Shown in pieces: positions 46,107 through 58,590 of a stretch of 64,000 nucleotides of DNA. The notes under the pieces are model-generated. The model saw nothing but the letters and a program-made list of their open reading frames with translations, did no database searches and was not told where the DNA came from. A program made the translations under genes and the position numbers. The DNA comes from Asterias rubens (taxonomy: Eukaryota). Position 1 is the first letter of the stretch. Every line of letters starts with the position of its first letter. The stretch spans positions 18,972,001 through 19,036,000 of the forward strand of contig NC_047064.1 of the NCBI RefSeq assembly GCF_902459465.1, given 5' to 3'.

Positions 46107-47417
46107 TCAAAAAGTATCCCATTGGATAAATATGGTAAGTCCAAGTTGTAAAGTCAAAGTGTAATAGCTGGTTACAGGGTAAAAGTATTCAAGTTTTTCA
46201 TAAAATAACTATTTGTAACTATTCAGATACTGGTACTAATCTGTAGGTTTAGAGGGCAGACATGGATTTATGTTTATGTACATATCTGAAATATTGAATT
46301 TCGTCTGGGATGTGTTATTTGAAAGAATGTTGTATTCATCACATGGACCCAATGTTTTGAAGGCCGTCAGCACAAAATGGCTTGCTAAGCTCAGAATATC
46401 TTTCTTAGCAGAAACAGGTTAACAGTCAACTGGTGCCCAACTTGCATATCAAAGACTGCTAAGCAATAGTTTCTGAAGGCTTTAATGAAATTGGGCTCTG
46501 ATCTCTACGCAAAGTGATGGTTAACCTTTGTAGGGTAGTTTTTTACTGTACTTGTCCCGTGTGTAGTGTATTGGAAGGCTAGTACGGGCACACAAATCAA
46601 AGGATCTTATTGGTCAGTTGGCACAAACTGGTCAGTTGGCACAAACTGGTCCCCTGTCAATATTCTGATGGAGTATGTACAGATTCTGAAGGAACCGTTC
46701 ACTGAAGTGTGTAGGTGATTTAATGTTGAGTTCATGTATAATGAATGCCTTGTACGTGTTGGTCAATAAAACTCAGGGTTTACCACTCTGTGTATTATAA
46801 TTCAGGTCTCACACATGTTCTTGTGTAACTATCATGTCACTTATGTGGTAATCTCCTAACTTCACATGAATATACACAAACAAATTGAGGATTGGAAGCC
46901 AGTCAGGTCAAAGTTGAGTGTTCTGGACTGAAAGTAAATCATACATTAGCTTTGAGAGACTATGTGGAATAAAATGTGAACATGTTTTGTTTAGATAGTG
47001 ACTTTGGTTTGATGATTTTATCAACAAGAATCAAATTGTTGGAGATTTTGTGAATCTTAAGTCTTGTTTAAAAACAAGTGTAGAATAGAAAAGTCTGTTA
47101 GTGTCATCTTGTTGCCGAACTAAAGTCATGATATTTAAGTCTAAATCACATTATGATATATTTTGTTGGGAATATTAGTGTTTTCTATTTTTCTATTTAG
47201 TTAACTCATAAACATAAATATAGCATGTGTTATTCTAAAGCTTTATTGTTTATGTTTGTAAGGATTCCAGGTACTCGGAGTTTTGGGAAGAATAACAACT
47301 TTAAAATATCAGAGGTGTTGAGTTTGTTGTTACTACGGATATAACTGATTTGGAAATCAACCTGATTAAGAAAAGTTATTTTTGTTTCCAGTTGAAGGTT
47401 TTAATTTTCAGGTTAGG

Positions 47418-47758
47418 AATATTATTATCCTTTTTCAATTTAAAGATAATTTAATTTTGCTAGTTTATACTATTGTTAAGTGATCGCTGTTATCTGAAGA
47501 AAATTATATGCAGAACTATTGATTAGTTTAAAACTATCAAGTACTTAAGCACAGGGTAAGAGTTTGTAATAATTTGGGGTTGAAATTATGAATAGTATTA
47601 TCTTTTTAAATTAAAAGTTAATATAATTTTGCTAGTATATTCTAATGTCAAGTGATCATTGTTATCTGAAAAAAATTATATTCAGAACTATTGATTAGTT
47701 TTAAAAATATCAAGTACTAAAGCACAGGGTAAGAGTTTGTAATAATTTTGGGTTGAAA
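47418..47758. repeat. Two ~172-bp AT-rich tandem units
   Basis: The block CAGAACTATTGATTAGTTT..AAGCACAGGGTAAGAGTTTGTAATAATTT is repeated at ~47510-47586 and ~47682-47758. Confidence 0.8.
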
Positions 47759-48690
47759 AAGGGAGCTTTATTAAATTTGTTCTTTGTTCAACCAAAAACT
47801 AGTTTTAAAAATAAATACAGAGTATCAATGAACAAATAGTAAATGATGAGTATTCAATCAATTAATAAGTCAATTAGTTCATGTTATGAACAGCTTGATC
47901 AAATAATCATTTTTGAAAGAACTGTTCTATGTTAACAAACATTCCATTAAATATCATAAGTATTTGGACAGCTGGATAAAAGAGAAAAACAAAAAATTTC
48001 CCAAAGGAGTACAACATATTGCTTTTGGTAATTTTTGCTACTATCTTTACAGCACTGTCTTTTTCGTTACTGCAATATACATTCCCATATATATTTGATT
48101 TGATTTTTTGTTTCTATTGGCACTATGATTTCTCATAATTTATTAATAAATCGCACAAAGTAAATTCATGAGAAATTTATAATAAACTTTTTCTTTTCTT
48201 TTCCAAATAATGTTCATTCAACTACACATGTTTAAATTATTCGGTGCTTGTAACCCTATTTGTGTTACTTTAAGGCGGTTCTTCATAAAGCACACAATTA
48301 AAAAAAGCATGTCACAATAATTTCTCACAGTTGTCAATGTCTGAATTATTTCACAAATAGTTAATTTACTTAGATTGTGTTGGCCGTGGAAAAATAAAGA
48401 GACAAATTTGAAGTAGATATAAAAAGAATGTTTGTGTGGTTTCACAACCATTTTTATATTTAAACAGCACTTGGACATTTTAATTGTGTATTTTGTTGTT
48501 GCCACATTGGTTTGATTTTTGTTTGTTGGGGTATTTTTGTTTGTCTTTGTCGGAGTGACGGAGTGTCACTATTATAGACAGCCCAGCTTGTAATTTTTCA
48601 CGTGCACCCCCCCCCCCCCCATTTTCCGTACCCCTCCCCCATTTGAAGTTTGAGATAAAAGTTTAACCAGAATAAAATATTTTGATAACT

Positions 48691-48797
48691 TTCCGTATGG
48701 CGCCACCACTTTTTCACTCATTTTTACAAAAAGGGATATCTCATTGAGGTAAATTAGATACTATATTATTCCATAACGATGGTGGCGCCATACGGAA
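48691..48797. mobile_element. Small MITE with an 18-bp inverted repeat TTCCGTATGGCGCCACCA
   Basis: Perfect 18-bp inverted repeat at 48691-48708 and 48780-48797. Confidence 0.6.
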
Positions 48798-49788
48798 TTT
48801 TTCCAAATTATTTCATTTTGGGTGCATAAAATATCACGTTTCGTAAGCTTTGATGTAGTATTACTCGATGTACAAAGCTACCACATTATTACAATGTATA
48901 CACCCATGTGTTTTACCGCTATGTCGGATGTTCTTTAGAAAGGCCCATGTGTTTTTACCGTCGGATGTTCTTTAGAAAGCGGACAGTAACGAGCTCCTAA
49001 AATACAAACGTAAACAATGTGAATCCCCTTGCCGCGACTCCCTTAAAAAAATTTTTTATTATCACGCAGATTTAAGATTGTTGGAATAACTTATGTATAT
49101 TCTGCACTAATGGCCAATTGAAGTTCCTTTTCAAGAAACAGTAAATACATTGCATTCTCACAACATTGTTTAGCACTCGATATTCACCCCACCACAGTTG
49201 TGTCTTAATCTCTTTGTGTTAGGAATCTCACGAATTCTTAAGAGGACTTTTTTTGTAAGAGCATTTTGTACACAAATTACACCAAATTGAGGGCGCACAT
49301 TTTCGTGTTAATGTGCACTCCAAAAAATGAGCTACTGTTAGTGACAACTGGGGGGTAATCTCGGCATAAAAACGTGGAATCCTATTCAAATGTCACCTCC
49401 TGAAGGCAATTGAGAAGGGGGCCAAGAAGCAGAGGGAGTCCAGAGTATTGGCACTATTAACAGAAATAGGTTTTCGACCAAAACTACATTGAATGTTAAC
49501 ACTGTTGCGACTGGTGCCCCACTCAAGTTTTGCTTAGCACAGACAATTGCTGAGCAGTCTCCTAAACAGCTTTATGAAATTATCCATAGGCATAAATCTG
49601 AAACACTTGTAGAGTTTTTAAAACAAAGGTTGGCTGTAATTAAGAATGACACAACTGTTGCGTTACTGTCCATGCACGGGTGCGATTTACCCCCTTTTCT
49701 TATAGGTCATGGCTGCACACTATATGTAATAAAAAGAAGAGCACTGACCACACATGTTTTCAAGGCATTTGAGAGACTGACAAATAAT

Positions 49789-49940
49789 GGGTGCGTTCGT
49801 TTAGCTTCCCTGGGTCGACCCCGGTGTGTGGCGGTTTTTTTTTTTCAGGACGAACGTGTGCAGATAATTACCCACTTTCGTCCTAGAAAGAAAAAACGCC
49901 ACACACCGGGGTCGACCCAGGGAAGCTAAACGAACGCACC
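49789..49940. mobile_element. Palindromic MITE GGGTGCGTTCG..., second copy
   Basis: Near-identical to 17392-17548; the central spacer is reverse-complemented. Confidence 0.82.
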
Positions 49941-50543
49941 AAATAATACTGTCAGCCATGGTTTAAATTTTCCACACTTTTGTCTATTGTTTTGTGCAGG
50001 TCATCCATTTAGTATTTACCTCGTTTTTAGCTCTAGAAGGTCCATAGAGATGTGGTCATTCCCCACGTCAGTTTCAATGGTGTAACCGTCAACAATCCAA
50101 CAAACTCTGACATTTTCCAATCGAAACAATCCCCTGAACTGAAGCAATAATTCCATCCATGTCTTGAAACTTCTGACAATTCATTCACAGTACAAAAATC
50201 CCGCCCAGCACACGTGGCTGTCCATATAAAAGAATCCCATTGGTCAACAGTCCGTAAGAAAAGCCATTGAGCAGACAACAACGATCCGGTTGGAACCGGT
50301 TCTCGCCACAGCTGGCAAGTTAAAGAATGTCCCACCTGTGAATTTCAGTCAGTTTACCTTGTGGTTTATTATTTGATACCTGTGAATTTTAATACAAGAG
50401 TTACGTGTTGACTTGGGGCTGATGGTTGGTCGCTAGGCCTACACTATAGTGTAGATGTTTACTATTTATAGCCTTCGTATGATGTGATCATAGTTTTGGG
50501 AATGGATGAATATACATTTGTGTTGGCTTAAACTAACAGTTTT

Positions 50544-50934
50544 NNNNNNNNNNNNNNNNNNNNNNNNNNNNNNNNNNNNNNNNNNNNNNNNNNNNNNNNN
50601 NNNNNNNNNNNNNNNNNNNNNNNNNNNNNNNNNNNNNNNNNNNNNNNNNNNNNNNNNNNNNNNNNNNNNNNNNNNNNNNNNNNNNNNNNNNNNNNNNNNN
50701 NNNNNNNNNNNNNNNNNNNNNNNNNNNNNNNNNNNNNNNNNNNNNNNNNNNNNNNNNNNNNNNNNNNNNNNNNNNNNNNNNNNNNNNNNNNNNNNNNNNN
50801 NNNNNNNNNNNNNNNNNNNNNNNNNNNNNNNNNNNNNNNNNNNNNNNNNNNNNNNNNNNNNNNNNNNNNNNNNNNNNNNNNNNNNNNNNNNNNNNNNNNN
50901 NNNNNNNNNNNNNNNNNNNNNNNNNNNNNNNNNN
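50544..50934. other. Assembly gap (391 N)
   Basis: Run of N bases. Confidence 1.
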
Positions 50935-52339
50935 GTTTTTGTGTTTTGCTTTTGGGTGTTGTTGGTTTTTTAAGGGGATGGGTTTTTTGTTTTGTGTTTT
51001 TAATTTGGGTGGGATTTTCAAATCATGTTACTCTTATCTATTTAATTTTGAAGGTTACATTACAAGCCTAGAATTATCGTTCGTTTCCATGTGCTTTTAT
51101 TTTTCCCTTGGTTTGATAAGTCAAATTCACAAATAACCGGGTTTTTCCCCAATGCATAGAATCTATTACGGATGCCCTTTGCGGAAATCGTTGATAAGGA
51201 AATAAAACGACTGTTGTTTTGTGTTTGGTCACAACAGAAGGAAGTAGATGTAAGCCTATTTACTGAAGATAGAAGGAATTATAAAACTTGTATTGTGAAT
51301 AAGCTGACATTACTCAGGGGTTCGAATATTTCAAACAATTCTGACTAAATTTAACATAAAGCTAGAGCTTCGAGCCTCCGTTTGCTTACGTTGTTTTTAA
51401 TTGGGAAGGGGAAATGGATACCTTGGGCGCTTTCCAAAAATCGGCTTATAGGCTGTGCAGCTCTGCTGGGCTCCATTGGTAAAATGCACACAAAACTTAA
51501 TGATGGAACCAACCAAAGCCAAAGCCGGTTTTCATTTAGAAAATGCACATCACGACTTTCATGCCTGAGGGCGTGTCTAAATTGGCGGCTACGGCTACTG
51601 CTACGGCTAGTGGCTACGCTGTTGCTAAGGGTGTTGCTATAGGCATTATATACGCTTCACCGTTTGTTCCAGATGATCAAGTCGCAGCCTTTAACGGTCT
51701 TACATTCTATAAAGGAAAGTGTTCAAATTTTCCAAGCCTTTCTAATTGCTTTTCCTATTATAATGCATTACCATAACTGCAGCAAAGTGCGCTATAAATC
51801 ATCATTTCAGTAACTGCCGTATTTTACATGAAAAGCATCTTCAAATGATTCACCTTTAGCAAATTTGACATTTTGGGTGAAAATATGACAAGCCTCTGTC
51901 AGTGCTTTGATCTATACTTCACTTAATATCCATTTTTGGGGCCATCTGTTCCCATCGTAAAGTTTTGGTGACAGCCAGAGGGAAATATCTTCATATAAAT
52001 TCGACAACAACCGTTAAATTCACATCGATGATAAACAATAATTATCATAACATCCAGAAGTACCTTGTTGCATTTTTTTTTTTTTTTTCATTTCAAATTT
52101 AGATGGTTCATTTTGAACTTTCAAAACAACCTACACATGCTGTGCAATGGTTCTCGAAGGATATTCACAAATATTGCGCACTTGGCAAATAAATATTAAA
52201 TTGTGAGGGAAGCTCCTCTGCTATTTTGTACTGCTTAGCTAATTTTTGTGTCTAAGCAGCTCTATGAAATCGGGCCATGGTAGTCACGATTGTAACCTTA
52301 TTCTGGTAGACATAATTTTGTTGTGCTTTCTGTTATTAA

Positions 52340-52716
52340 AGGCAGTGTACACTATTGGTAATTGTCAAAGACCAGTCTTCTCACTTGATGTATCTCATCA
52401 TATGCACGAAATAACAAACCTGTGAAAATTTGAGCTCGATCGGTCATTGAGGTTGCGAGATAATAATGAAAGAAAAACCACCCTTGTCACACGAAGTTGT
52501 GTGCTTTCAGATGCTTGATTTCGAGACCTCGAAATCTAAATCTGAGGTCTTGAAATCAAATTCGTGGAAAATTACTTCTTTCTCGAAAACTACATCACTT
52601 CAGAGGTAGCCGTTTCTCACAATGATTTATACTATTAACCTCTCCCTATTACTCGTTACAAGTAAGGTTTTATGCTAATAATTATTTTGAGTAATTACCA
52701 ATAGTGTCCACTGCCT
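52340..52716. mobile_element. MITE family A, full length
   Basis: TTAA flanks 52336-52339 and 52717-52720. Confidence 0.9.
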
Positions 52717-53309
52717 TTAAGCAGCTTTGGGCACAGATGTAAGAACCGTTCAGACACACAGAGTTGAACTCGATCGGGTTGAACCATGAGTTAAACCAAC
52801 TTTAGCACTGTGTCTGAACGACCTCATAGTAAGTTCCAAAAATGCGACATTGAACCAACATGTCATACTCGCCCTTCCTGTTTCTTTTTTACTCGATTTA
52901 AATATATTGACATTTGAGGCACTGGAATTGGTAGTTATCAAGTTGTTAGCATAAAAAATTACATGGTACATGCAAAGGGGAGCAGGTGATAATATAAAAC
53001 ATTGTGAGAAACGGCTCCCTTTGAAGTAATGTAGCTTTTGAAAAAGAGGTAAATTCTCACTCAACACTATTAAAAGACGTCAGGCCTGAATAGAAAGAAA
53101 ACCTTTTGTTGAGCATCTAAAAGCAAACAAATTTGTGCAACACCCGGTGTTTTTGTTTTCCTTTAATTATTCTCTTCCAAGTTCCATGAACAGTATTGAG
53201 TCAAAATGATGTGTTATTTTCAGCAATATATGTTGGGTAGTGAGAATACTGTTTGACGATAACCAAAGGTGCCCAGTACCTAAACCATGGAGTAAAGAAA
53301 TTGCTTTAA

Positions 53310-53614
53310 AGGGAAGGATACACGTTTGGTAATTACTCAAAACAGATATTAACTTAAAAACTGACTTGGTATTGAGCGCTGCTGTTAGTATAAAACATTG
53401 TGAGAAACGGCTCCCTCTGAAGTAGCATAGATTTTCTTTTATTCCTATCTGAAAGCACACAAATTCGTCCAACAATTTTTTTTTTTTTCATTATTTCCCA
53501 ACTCCGATGACCAATTGAACTCAAATTGTCACAAGTTTGTTATTTTATGCATATGTTGAGATACACTAAGTGAGAACACTGGTCTTTAAAAATTACCAAT
53601 AGTGTACCTTCCCT
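53310..53614. mobile_element. MITE family B
   Basis: TTAA flanks 53306-53309 and 53615-53618; TIR AGGGAAGG(A/T)(T/A)CAC. Further A/B fragments lie near 4770-4870, 11511-11547, 13580-13760, 52960-53100 and 55560-55640. Confidence 0.82.
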
Positions 53615-54970
53615 TTAACTAATATACTACAACCACGGACAAGAGTTCAGCGGACCTAGTTTTGAAACAATACGTGCAGCTATATGATAACGACAATACA
53701 AGTGGTGTCGCTTTCGATTCACGTAGCGTGATATGAGATGACTGCGACAGAAAAAAAACTTCATACTATCATGATCCCCAAATGAGATGGATTAAGCTGG
53801 TAATTATACCTGCCCTGTGACGTCATAATTTCAGCAGCTGCGCCATATGGCACGTCCCTTTGATACAGTGTTTTGTTATTAAAATTTTCATCACCGCTTT
53901 AGCCATGAGGAGGGTGTTACACAATGCACTGTAGTGATGGCACTCGGCGTACAGGACTAATTGGTCACAAAATACATTGTTTTACAAAGAGTGGTGCAAC
54001 GTACAGCAATTCCCGACTGCACCATTGCTTGCGTTGGTTGCATTAAGTGGAAGAAGACTTCAACTCTAAACCCTTATTTCCTCTTCGGTTCTACAGACGA
54101 GTCAAGTTGTACAGTGGTAAGTAAATTGTCTATTACTATTGTATTGAAATAGTTATAATGTTTAATCTGTGAGAGAAAGGATTTGAACTGCTCTTATTGC
54201 ATAGCAGCTGGTTTAGGTGTGTCTGGCTGGTGATGAAATTAAGCCGAGTTCGAGTTGAGAAAAAAAAATCACTCTGCTTCTATCTTCGATGGATTGTGGC
54301 TTTACTTTCAATCTTAGATCACAGCCCAAACCCGATTTTTAATACTGAGCCCGAAACTTATATATATCTCAGCAATTAAATAAGCGATCAATATGATATC
54401 TAATTATGCTGACATTATGTTATATTGAAAATTGAAATACCACGGTAATGATACAGATGTTGAACAGAAAAGAAGTGTTGTCAATTCTTTTTGTTTTCCT
54501 TTTTTCATTCTATGATTGGTTAATGGTCCCGTTTATTGCTACAAACCTAAAATGGGTGACAGTATTTAATAACAAAACTTTGTTTGTGTTAGTTTTCGAT
54601 TATTACTAATGACTGTATTATATAGGCCGAATATTGGACTATTTCGATAATTGAGCACAAACCAATTTTGAGGAGTCTGTCTTTTTATATTTCCTGAAAC
54701 TTGACATAGCGTGCAGCGGATCTTCGAAACAAGTTAACCAAACATCTCCAGACCAATGCGGAAGTATATGAGATTATTTAGATCGGGGAATACAAACAGA
54801 GGACATTCAAACCGGGACAATAGTCAATGGTCCGGGAAAGATCCACGGCTGGAAAACGTTTACAAAACCAATGGGAGCTTTTGCCAAAAAGTTATAAACA
54901 AAAGAAGGACAATATGAGGTCCGTGATTACAGGCGTATACACACTTGTGTGAGTGGATGTCATGTTTTAA

Positions 54971-55314
54971 AGGGTACTTTTTAGGACAAAAAAACACAAT
55001 GCCCACAGATTTACACCACACTTACACAGTTTGAAGATAATGATAGTAGAAAGCTCCCCTGAAAATATTACGTGCTGAGGTGCTGTAGTTTTTGAGAAAT
55101 GAGTAAATCAATGTCATGAAAATAGTTTTCGTCTCATGAGACGAATTTACAAACGTATTTTCATGACATTGTTTTACTCATTTCTCAAAAACTACAGCAG
55201 CTCAGCAACTAATATTTTAAGGTATGCATTCTACTATCAATATCTTCAAACGGTGTAAGTTTAGTGTAAATCTGTGGACATTGTGTTTTGTGTTACAAAA
55301 GGTACCAACATTTT
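54971..55314. mobile_element. TTAA-flanked foldback MITE, palindromic over its whole length
   Basis: TTAA at 54967-54970 and 55315-55318; mirror arms centred on TTCGTCTCATGAGACGAA (~55128-55145). Truncated relatives lie at 31771-32066 and ~2143-2260. Confidence 0.8.
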
Positions 55315-58300
55315 TTAAAGGAAGTGTACCCTTATGTCGGTACCTTATGGAGACCGTGGACAAAACAAAAGAAGACGGAAAACAAAATTACTCCAAAGAT
55401 GAATTCAAAAGACTTGGGTTTTCCACAAGGACATTTGTGTACAAAGTATAATATGGGAATCTGTAAGGGGGGCAAAAGAATGCACGTAGGCCTACTTCAT
55501 TTTGTTGGAAGACTCGTCCATTAGGTTTCAAAAAGTATAGGCCTATTTATCTTCCTTTTCTCGTGCAAAGTTTTTTGTTTTCTCTCATTATTCTCTTGCA
55601 ACTTGGATGACCAAATGTTCACAGAGTTGGGATACACAAAAGGTACCCAGCCACAGTCGTCATTAATATATATAGAGCTATTGGCACCACTGCTATAATC
55701 TGCAGAGTCAATTCTTTTTATAGCGAACAGGAAATACTTTTAATGCTTTAACTAATTAGGGACCTACATTTCTATTGTCAGGCTCGCCAACAGTCGTTGC
55801 ATGCAAAACAACACCATGTATTATATAACTGCTGGCACCACTGTTATAATCTGCAGAAATCATTCATATTGTCTGCGTTGGCTTGAGCAAAGCACTCGCC
55901 AGGAAATACTGTTTTTAAATACTGACCAACATACAGTCTACAGTAAATACGTGGTAGTGGTACTTTTGGGCGGTAACCAAACATGAAGCTGATATACCAG
56001 TCCGGAACTATATAATGGACAGTGAGCAATATACTCAAGGGGGGGGGGGATGGGAACCAGCGAACAGGTCAAAGAGTTTGAACTTTCATGATGACCCTCT
56101 GTAACGAAGAAGCCTCCAAATTGAAAACGCCCTTGTAATGGTACGATGTCGGTTTATAAATGCATGGTGAATATGCAATGCTTTTTTTTCACCAAATCTA
56201 TATAGGCATATCAATTGCCCCTGATACCTAAATATAAATTGGTAGCAAACCACTGTGATTAATTGGCTCACGTGGCTGGTCAACATTTACCTGGATTCAA
56301 TACGGGTCCCAAGTGGCTTGACCTATGGATCAGGCTGACCCAAAGTTGATTGTAAAATGAGATTTCAACTCGGTATTTTGCGTCAGTATGACCCATTTCT
56401 ATGTCATTTTGACACAGTCTCCGCCTCATACTGACCTAGAAATGGGTCAAGCCACATCAAGGACCAGGAACCCGGTAAAATTCTGACCAGGGAAATTTTA
56501 GAGTGCAGCTCCAATAATTATCGATATGTTTTATTTGTAAATGTAAAGAAGGGTTTGTGTTAAAAATTATGATTTTTTTTTACAAGTTAATATCAGTTAT
56601 TTCAAGATTACCGTCTGAAGTGTTCAAAGGCAATGGTGGAATATCTAATTACACCTAGAAATAATGTTTCAAAATGTGTTTTTCCAAGAACCTTGACAAT
56701 AAAGGTGTGAGTACTGGAATTTTCTCTAATTAAAATTGTACTCAGCAAAACAGTATTGAGCTTAGTTTACCTTGGAAAGCGCTGTTCTCTCCTGTTAAAA
56801 GAAACGCTTGTGATGGGAATTTTATTTTTTTTTTTTTTTTTAATCCACCGGACGGATCAACTTGTTTTTTCTGTACATCAAATTGCCACTGTCGTTGTGC
56901 TTTTTATAAATGGGGAACGGTGAGTTTCGAATTTTGTTAGGATGGCAATTCTACTACAGAAGAGGAAGACAAATTTGCAAAGTAGGCGTGTATTTCTATG
57001 GTCTCGTCATTGAGTAATGGAGAAGTTCAGAAACAATACAGTTTCACACACACACTCTGCCTTTAGCATGAAACTTCAGTCAAACCAAAAGAGGCGTGTG
57101 CACGTATTGAAACCATATGTGCTTTTCATACTCTATTAGAAAATAAAATGGCAGTATTAACGTGGGAAATCACCCTTACTGTGTGGTTGATTTTATCAGG
57201 GCCTGTCTTTAGTTCCGTTAATGAGCTTATCTCCGGAAACTGGCAATATTTGTCACTTATCATCATAGTATAGCCAAGCGAAATAGTTAAGTTTACAAGG
57301 TTGCCGTGCCGATGGCTGAACACATCAGGGTCAACTTGCGTAGAGCTGCTTAGAAGCGAAAAAAATAGCTACGTGCAATTATGATGAGCAGGGTGAAATA
57401 TTTTTTAAAGTTTGCAAGGTTGCAGTACTAAACACATCAGGGATAAGAAGAACTATAAATAAATAGTAAACTTGCGGGTGCAACCATGTGCAAAGCTTCA
57501 AACAATACTTACATCAGGGCTACTTTTCACAAAGATGCTTACAAGCCTAAAAAGCTGCTACGGACAACAAAATTATGCTTACCAAAAAATAGCTACCAGC
57601 TAAAATTCGATTTTAAATGTACAAAATATATTGTAGCATCATTCTAAGTTGTGCTTAGCAGAATTTTAAGAAATAATTTCTGCTAAAGCACACAAAGCAG
57701 CTAAGTGCAATTATGCTTACCATATTAAGGTCACCAACCAACCAATGTGTAAATAAAAGGAATCCTCAAAAATAAATCGGGACATTTTGAGGATGGCAAT
57801 ACTATATTACAGAAGAAAAAAATTGCACACGGAACCCGGATCTTGTTATCCAATGTGTTTTTTTCTGTATATAAAAAATGCCATTGTCATAGTGCTTTTA
57901 GCGGGTATTATTCGTTTTCCTAATCGATTCAAAACAGGGAATCCTGTCAAAAAAAAAGTCCTGAATGGCAATCCTATACTACTACAGAACAAAAAATTGC
58001 GCAGGAGTCATTAGCGTATAATACCATCACGTGCATCACGTGCACCGTGCACCTTTTTATATGTACATTACAGACACTAATCTGTGTAATCTAAGTGTTG
58101 AGCAATATCCACTCTCTACAAGCATCTGGCAATCTCATTTAAATTTAAAATATTTAAATAACTTAAACCAAATTTCAGGGTCGTTAATAAATCCTATTAA
58201 ACGTTAATTGCTGCATCCTCTTAACGGTTACGTAATAATATCGGTTTTTATTTGTTGTGCTAAGTATATTCCCGTTCTATGGTCCACTCCGTAAAAGCTT

Positions 58301-58550
58301 TCATACAGTACAGTAATGACTAGTGGTCTGAAAAATGGACATCAAATAAATTCGATCGTTGAGTTTTTTTCCCCTTGCGTAGTGCCCGACTAAAACATCT
58401 TCTGAAGTTGATGGCCTGGTGTTTTTTTACAGAGAGATGTTTTATTTATTTTGTTATTCATTATTAAGAGAGGTTTGCGGTAACACCGTGTGAATATCTT
58501 TTATTTTGAGTGGTGGCGGTTCTAAAAAAAAAGAAACTGGTGGGTAACAA

Positions 58551-58590
58551 CCCAACGTTTCGATCAGTATGCTCTGATCGTCTTTAGGAG
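58551..58590 (-). ncRNA. Minimal hammerhead ribozyme motif (family 1), degenerate
   Basis: Minus strand reads CTC-CTAAAGA-C-GATCAG agcata CTGATC-GAAA-CG-TT-GGG, with a G5A change. It shares the downstream GGTGTTACCGCAAAC block (58473-58488) with the 10647 copy (10583-10597). Confidence 0.68.

Noticed and set aside
46611-48979. Short direct repeats (18-bp x2 at 46611-46646; ~38-bp x2 at 48903-48979) as a possible CRISPR-like array
   Set aside because: They have only two adjacent units with no spacers, in a eukaryotic context; these are simple slippage duplications.
49489-49929. 146-aa ORF
   Set aside because: The last third is the GGGTGCGTTCG MITE; the rest has no recognisable domain, a TTG start and no exon context.
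50506-51021. 155-aa and 162-aa ORFs
   Set aside because: Artefacts of translating the N gap.
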